From Caedimonas varicaedens (GTDB taxonomy: Bacteria; Pseudomonadota; Alphaproteobacteria; Caedimonadales; Caedimonadaceae), in NCBI GenBank assembly GCA_001192655.1, contig BBVC01000042.1:1-20586 (forward strand): DNA of 20,586 bases, read 5' to 3'. The notes under the pieces were generated by a model that was not told the origin of the DNA, searched no databases, and saw nothing but the letters and a program-made list of their open reading frames with translations. The translations under genes were made by a program, and so were the position numbers. This document shows positions 15,696 through 20,586 of this stretch, in pieces (position 1 is the stretch's first letter; each line of letters starts with the position of its first letter).

Positions 15696-16823
15696 ATGTC
15701 AAAGGCTCGAATAATTCCTTTTTTTAATTATCCAGCTTTGTTTTATCAGCAAGAAGAAAAATTTATTTCAATTTTTAAAGATGTTTGTTCAAGGGGTGCC
15801 TATATTCTGCAAAAAGATTTAGTAGAGTTTGAGGAGAATTTGAAAAAATTTCTTGATGTGAAATACGTCTTTGGTGTAGCTGATGGTACAAATGCAATTA
15901 TTTTAGGATTAAATGCCGCAGGGATCGGCCCTGGTGATGAAGTGATTGTTCCTTCACACACATATATAGCTTCAGCAGCAGCGGTTGCGCTTGTGGGTGC
16001 CAAACCCGTATTGTGTGATATTGGGGAAGACAATCTGATTGATCCTGCATCTGTCAAAGAAAAACTTACCCAAAAAACAAAAGCGATTATGCCTGTTCAT
16101 GTAAACGGACGGACGTGCAAAATGGATGATTTGCGGGATATTGCTCAACAGCATAATCTCATGATTGTTGAAGATGCTGCTCAGGCTCTGGGATCGAAAT
16201 ATAAGGGGAAAGGCGCAGGGACATTTGGGAAATTTGGAACTTATAGTTTTTACCCTGCCAAAGTTTTAGGATGTTTTGGTGATGGGGGAGCAATTGTAAC
16301 AAACGATGAAGAGATTGCCAGAAAGGTCTCCCTGTTAAGAGATCACGGGCGCGATGAAAGAGGTCGTGTTATTACGTGGGGAACTAATTCTCGTCTTGAT
16401 AATTTACAGGCTGCTATTTTGAATTTTAAATTACAGTCTTATAATGAAGATATTAAGAGACGTCGTGAAATCGCCAAAAAATATGACGAGTCATTAAAAA
16501 GCATAAAAGAACTTACGTTGCCTCCAAGCCCTAATGAAAACCAGGCTCATTTTGACATTTACCAAAACTATGAGTTAGCGGCCGATCGTCGCGATGACTT
16601 AAAAGCTTATTTGCAAGAAAAAGGGATCTCGACAATTATTCAATGGGCTGGTGTTCCTGTTCATAAATTTATAGAGTTGGGTTTTAATGAAATTTTGCCT
16701 AAAACAGAAAATTTCTTCGAAAGATGCCTGATGCTGCCTATGAATGTTTCTTTAAGTGATGACGATATCAATTATATTTGCGATTCTATACATTTTTTTT
16801 ATTCGCATAACAAAATTAATTAA
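15696..16823 (+). CDS. DegT/DnrJ/EryC1/StrS-family PLP-dependent sugar aminotransferase
   Basis: 375 aa with 'GVADGTNAIILGL', 'MIVEDAAQALGSKYKGK' and the PLP-lysine region 'YSFYPAKVLGCFGDGGAIVTND'. The length is typical of the family. Confidence 0.88.
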   Translation: MSKARIIPFFNYPALFYQQEEKFISIFKDVCSRGAYILQKDLVEFEENLKKFLDVKYVFGVADGTNAIILGLNAAGIGPGDEVIVPSHTYIASAAAVALVGAKPVLCDIGEDNLIDPASVKEKLTQKTKAIMPVHVNGRTCKMDDLRDIAQQHNLMIVEDAAQALGSKYKGKGAGTFGKFGTYSFYPAKVLGCFGDGGAIVTNDEEIARKVSLLRDHGRDERGRVITWGTNSRLDNLQAAILNFKLQSYNEDIKRRREIAKKYDESLKSIKELTLPPSPNENQAHFDIYQNYELAADRRDDLKAYLQEKGISTIIQWAGVPVHKFIELGFNEILPKTENFFERCLMLPMNVSLSDDDINYICDSIHFFYSHNKIN

Positions 16824-16837
16824 TTTTTAAAAAGTAA

Positions 16838-17890
16838 GTGACGAGAATGCTTAATCTTGGAGACTTGGCTAATCCAAAAAAATTTATAGACCCTGTTCAT
16901 ATTGATCGAGCAGATAGTGAATTTCTCATACAGGCTCTTTGTATGATGATGCTAATTCGAGAAACAGAACAATGTATCGCTGAGCTTGTGAAATCAGGGA
17001 TTGCCAATTGTCCGTGCCATTTAGCCGTTGGACAAGAGGCTATTTCTGTCGGGGTGGCAAGGCATTTGAACAAGCAGGACAGAGTGTTTGGCAATCATCG
17101 CTCTCATGCACAATATCTTGCTCTCGGTGGAGATCTGGAAGAGTTACTAGCTGAAATTCTTGGAAAAGTAACAGGGTGTTCGAAAGGCATGGGTGGATCG
17201 ATGCACCTTTATGCTGGTGAACAGGGTTTCCATGGGTCTGTTCCTATTGTAGCAGGGACAATTCCTCTGGCTGTTGGCGCTGCATTGGCGGCAAAGTTTG
17301 ACCAACAGGGTTCTGTGGGGGTTGCTTTTTTTGGAGATGGCGCTTGTGAAGAAGGTGTTTTACATGAGAGCCTTAATATAAGTTCCATTATGAAGCTTCC
17401 TATGATTTTTGTTGTAGAAAATAATCTTTACTCAAGTCATCTGGACATCCAACAACGCCAACCGTTTGATTCTACATCCCGCTTTGCAGAAGCCCATGGT
17501 ATTCCTTATGAAGTTGTAGAGGGAAACGATGTTGGAGTTGTTGAAAAGGCTGCTGCAAAATTGATTCAAAGAGCTAGAGATAATAAAGGCCCTGGATTCC
17601 TTGAGGCGGTAACTTTTCGATGGTTAGGTCACGTAGGATCAAATGAAGATATTGATGTGGGTGTACGCAGAAGCCTGGAAGAAATTAAAGCCTGGAAGAA
17701 AAGAGACCCTGTGCAACGACTGTTTTTGGCTCTTGAAAAAAATGAAATAATGTCACAGAAAGAATTTCAACAGCATCTTCAGGACATTAAAAAAAGAGTA
17801 AGTCAGGCAAAAGAAAACGCTCTTCAAGCGCCGTGGCCAAAATTAGAGAATTTGGAAAGTTATGTCTATGCGTCTACTGGATCCGAATAA
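16838..17890 (+). CDS. ThDP-dependent 2-oxoacid dehydrogenase E1 component, alpha subunit (AcoA/PdhA-like), orphan in a glycan locus
   Basis: 350 aa with 'HLAVGQEAISVGV', 'RSHAQYLALGGDL', 'GKVTGCSKGMGGSMHL'. The canonical ThDP motif GDG-x26-NN ('GDGACEEGVLHESLNISSIMKLPMIFVVENN') lies at 17333-17425. The start may be GTG at 16838 or ATG at 16847. Confidence 0.85.
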   Translation: MTRMLNLGDLANPKKFIDPVHIDRADSEFLIQALCMMMLIRETEQCIAELVKSGIANCPCHLAVGQEAISVGVARHLNKQDRVFGNHRSHAQYLALGGDLEELLAEILGKVTGCSKGMGGSMHLYAGEQGFHGSVPIVAGTIPLAVGAALAAKFDQQGSVGVAFFGDGACEEGVLHESLNISSIMKLPMIFVVENNLYSSHLDIQQRQPFDSTSRFAEAHGIPYEVVEGNDVGVVEKAAAKLIQRARDNKGPGFLEAVTFRWLGHVGSNEDIDVGVRRSLEEIKAWKKRDPVQRLFLALEKNEIMSQKEFQQHLQDIKKRVSQAKENALQAPWPKLENLESYVYASTGSE

Positions 17891-18917
17891 GCAGAATATT
17901 AATGGTCAACAATTAACTTCCTATTCAGAAGCTATTCAAATTGCATTTGAATATCTTTTGGAGAAATATCCCGAAGTTTTTATTTTAGGACAAGGAGTTT
18001 GGAGTCCTTGGTATGTTGGGACAACTATGAAGGGTTTAGATAAGAAGTTTGGAAAAGAGAGAGTTATTGACTCTCCTGTCTCTGAATGGGCATGTACAGG
18101 GTTAGGTGTTGGTGCTTCTCTTTTTGGCTACAAGCCTATTATTATACATCCCAGAATGGATTTTATGGTTCTTGCAAGTGATCCGCTTGTTAACCAAGCT
18201 GCAAAATGGTCCTATATGCTGGGGGGGCAAGCAAATCCTCAAGTAACGATAAGAGCTATTATAAACAGGGGAGGAGAGCAGGGAGCACAACATTCTCAAG
18301 CCTTACATTCCTGGTATGCTCATATTCCGGGGTTAAGGGTCGTTATGCCTTCAACTCCCAAAGATGCGCGCGATCTCTTAATTTCTTCGGTTTTGTGCAA
18401 GGATCCAGTGATATATATCGACGATAGGTGGCTTTATGACCAGAAAGAAATGCTTTCACCTATTGAAGAATTAGATTTAAGCAAAGAAAAGCCTCAGATT
18501 TTAAAAGAAGGAAAAGACATCACCATAGTTGGATCCAGTTACAGTTCTTACTTGGCGATGCAAGCCGCAAAAGAATTAGAAAAACAGAGGATCTTTGCTG
18601 AAGTAATAGATTTAAGGATTCTTAACCCGATAGATTATAACATTATTGTTAAATCAGTAGAGAAAACAAATAGATTAATGGTTGTTGATGGAAGTTGGAA
18701 AAATTGTGGAATAGCCGGAGAAGTCATTGCAAGCGTCGTTGAAAGAATCGATCCTCGGATTTTAAAGTCAAAACCATCACGGATTACGTTACCGGATTCT
18801 CCCGCTCCAACGAGTAAGGTTTTGGAAGATATATATTATCCAAAAATCGATCGTATTGTCCAAAATATTGAGTTAATAGTAAAAACACCGTCAAAATTAT
18901 CAAATAATATTTTTTAG
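17862..18917 (+). CDS. ThDP-dependent 2-oxoacid dehydrogenase E1 component, beta subunit (AcoB/PdhB-like; transketolase pyrimidine-binding plus C-terminal domains)
   Basis: 351 aa with 'RVIDSPVSEWACTGLGVGASLFGYKPII', 'NQAAKWSYMLGG', 'GAQHSQALHSWYAHIPGLRVVMPSTPKDARDLL' and C-terminal 'GIAGEVIASVVE'. It overlaps the alpha stop by 29 nt, which suggests translational coupling. No E2 (lipoyl/acyltransferase) or E3 gene is in the window. Confidence 0.85.
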   Translation: MSMRLLDPNKQNINGQQLTSYSEAIQIAFEYLLEKYPEVFILGQGVWSPWYVGTTMKGLDKKFGKERVIDSPVSEWACTGLGVGASLFGYKPIIIHPRMDFMVLASDPLVNQAAKWSYMLGGQANPQVTIRAIINRGGEQGAQHSQALHSWYAHIPGLRVVMPSTPKDARDLLISSVLCKDPVIYIDDRWLYDQKEMLSPIEELDLSKEKPQILKEGKDITIVGSSYSSYLAMQAAKELEKQRIFAEVIDLRILNPIDYNIIVKSVEKTNRLMVVDGSWKNCGIAGEVIASVVERIDPRILKSKPSRITLPDSPAPTSKVLEDIYYPKIDRIVQNIELIVKTPSKLSNNIF

Positions 18918-19266
18918 AGAAAGTCCTGACGCTAAAAAATGAATAACTTTAATTTGCATAATTTTTTCTAATTTCGTAAGAAGAAAAAAATATTTTTTCA
19001 ATTATAAGTTAAAAAATGGGTATCTATGCTAAATTTAATCAATAAAAAAATTGAATCTATTAAATTTTCAGTATTTTCATGCGTGCCGTTTCCATATCTC
19101 TATAAAATGGCTTTTTTTATTTTATTACCGATGACTGTTTTTGCTCCACAAGGAATCACTGTTCTCACTCTTATACTTGCAGTCATTTTTTTTCTCGATA
19201 TGTATACTTCTTTCTCTTTAAAATACATATTTCAGAAAAATAACAAGCTCTTGCTTCTGATAAGTA

Positions 19267-19298
19267 TTTTTTTAATTTTTCTTTTTTTACTTCTTTTT
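19267..19298 (+). repeat. Cluster of homopolymeric T tracts at the frameshift site (T7 at 19267-19273, T5 at 19276-19280, T7 at 19282-19288, T5 at 19294-19298)
   Basis: Counted directly from the sequence 'tatttttttaatttttctttttttacttctttttgg'. Confidence 0.9.
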
Positions 19299-20128
19299 GG
19301 TCAATTGCTAAAGAAGAAAGCTTCAAAGAAGTACTAAGAATTACAATTCTGTTCCTGGCAGGGTATTCTGTTTTCAGGGGATTGCAGACAACTTCATATC
19401 AAACAGAGATTATCAAAAGCCTTTGGACAGGATGGGTTGTGACCGTTATTCTACTCTTCATTGAAGCAATAACAGAAGGAATTATATTAAGTGTTATGAA
19501 ATTCTCTTATGTTGAAATGCACAAATATAACAAATCCACTTCTGTGATGGTTCTTTTTTTAATTCCAGTATTTCTTTTAAAGAAAAAATATTTAACACTT
19601 GAGCAAAAAGAATCCCTCTTTTTAGGAAAAAAATTAGAAACAGCTATTTTTATTCTTTTTATTGTTACTATTTTTATTTTAGTTAGTGGAACTTCCAAAC
19701 TGGCATTGATGGGCGGGATAATGCTACCATTTGCTCTTTATATTCTGCCTCAGAAAGTGAGGAAAGGGTTCTTACAAATCATTGTCTGCTTTTATTTTAT
19801 AGGTATTTTTATCATCCCAAATATTTACGCTATTCCTACTATAAAACAATACACTTTCAAGAATGTTGGATCTACTAGTTTTTATGATCGTATAAGTATC
19901 TGGACAAATGTACGTAACATAGTTCTTAATAAATCCGACAGTGTTAAAGGCTCTACTCGTCGTACTTTTTTTGGATTTGGCCTAGGAAGCTCAAAGGTAG
20001 AAGTTTTTTCAAAGCAAAGATGTGCATGGGAAATACCCCTCTCTTCTCTTTTATCAGATAGCTCGAAACGAAATAGGATACGACCGTACTTAGGAAAATA
20101 TTTAAGACATAAAATGAACATAAAGCAG

Positions 20129-20167
20129 AATACTCAACCGACAAATACTCAACCGACAAATACTCAA
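20129..20167 (+). repeat. In-frame 15-bp tandem repeat (AATACTCAACCGACA x2 plus a 9-nt partial third unit) encoding NTQPT-NTQPT-NTQ
   Basis: Units at 20129-20143 and 20144-20158 are identical, and a partial unit lies at 20159-20167. The repeat sits inside the large loop that precedes the HPHNN motif of the ligase-family protein. Confidence 0.9.
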
Positions 20168-20586
20168 AACAATTCCTTAGCACTGAAGTTTGGGCAATGC
20201 AATAATAGTGGTATTAAAGCTCCTATTTACAAATATCCTCTTGCTATTACTGAAGGTCTCCCTCTTCATCCTCATAATAATGTCTTACAAATTACCTTAG
20301 AATTAGGGTTTGTGGGGATTTTTCTCTTCTTTTTAATGATTCAATTATGTATCCAGGGAATTTGGAAATTAAATTCAAACCCTTGTTATCTGTGCATGTT
20401 ATCAGGAACACTCTTAAGCTTTTTGATCATTAGTTCTATCAGTTATGGCATTTGGCAAAGTTGGTGGGTATGCACCCTATGGCTTGTTCTTTCTGTTTCG
20501 CAACGTATTCGAAGCTGAGAATCTCGAATAAGGGTAAAGCCCCTCCCATAATTTAGACCACTAGCCTAGGAGGATTTAAGTATACA

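Larger units (their letters stand above)
19026..20518 (+). pseudogene. O-antigen ligase/polymerase-family (Wzy_C / WaaL-like) polytopic membrane protein gene, split by a -1 frameshift in a poly-T tract
   Basis: Two ORFs (19026-19337 and 19382-20518) are both very hydrophobic. The second frame is actually open from 19244 and there reads 'FFTSFWSIAKEESFKEVLRITILFLAGYSV', typical of the first periplasmic loop/TM2 of O-antigen ligase family proteins. The downstream signature is 'FFGFGLGSS...LPLHPHNNVLQITLELGFVGIFLF', i.e. the Wzy_C H-x-H-N ... E-x-G motif. The frame change maps to T7/T5/T7/T5 runs at 19267-19298. A 1-nt deletion relative to an intact frame would explain it. Confidence 0.65.

Noticed and set aside
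14328-18427. Antisense or alternative-frame ORFs within the plus-strand glycan genes (14328-14549, 14679-14879, 14925-15173, 15800-16057, 15972-16154, 16897-17094, 18102-18299, 18206-18427)
   Set aside because: They are embedded in CDSs with clear family motifs and have no motifs of their own.
19507-20183. Antisense ORFs in the ligase-family gene (19507-19698, 19882-20121, 19953-20183)
   Set aside because: They are shadows of a hydrophobic AT-rich gene. One simply mirrors the 15-bp tandem repeat.
20519-20586. Possible IS end or next gene at the right edge. The 'cctaggaggattt' at ~20564-20576 resembles 'ccttagaggaggatt' at 6752-6766 at the start of the IS1595 remnant.
   Set aside because: The match is only ~12 nt and is dominated by a Shine-Dalgarno-like AGGAGG. 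That is too short to call a repeat or IS boundary. It may simply be the RBS of an off-window gene.
1-20586. tRNA/rRNA genes, CRISPR arrays, integrase or att sites
   Set aside because: Reading the intergenic regions (929-1446, 2923-3071, 6681-7154, 13491-14151, 18918-19025, 20519-20586) showed no cloverleaf-like segments, no regularly spaced direct repeats and no integrase-like ORF.

Overview
This is an AT-rich, Gram-negative (proteobacterial-type) accessory region with many gene remnants. All calls come from reading motifs in the supplied translations and in my own hand translations; no searches were run.

Layout, left to right:
(1) The 3' part of a thermolysin-like zinc metalloprotease gene, followed by a clean bidirectional terminator.
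(2) A complete three-component type I secretion system (T1SS). It has a TolC-family outer-membrane gene on the minus strand. This gene is divergent from an ABC exporter, which has a catalytically dead C39-like N-terminal domain, and a HlyD-family adaptor. No obvious RTX cargo gene is present.
(3) A decayed IS1595-family transposase remnant.
(4) A ~13 kb surface-glycan (O-antigen/capsule-type) locus built from two divergent operons.

The minus-strand glycan operon is very AT-rich. It encodes a TviB/WbpO-like UDP-HexNAc dehydrogenase, a GT4 glycosyltransferase, a membrane-anchored transglutaminase-like/TPR protein and an AsnB-like amidotransferase.

The plus-strand operon encodes a PglC-type phosphoglycosyl transferase, a SAM methyltransferase, a DegT-type aminotransferase and an orphan thiamine-diphosphate (ThDP) E1 alpha/beta pair. 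A frameshifted O-antigen-ligase/polymerase-family gene follows.

Between the two operons lies a gene graveyard. It holds a diverged, broken second copy of the E1 alpha/beta pair and a 3' fragment of ccmC.

The most interesting candidates are the orphan E1 alpha/beta module, which is associated with the glycan locus twice, and the transglutaminase-like/TPR protein embedded in the glycan operon.
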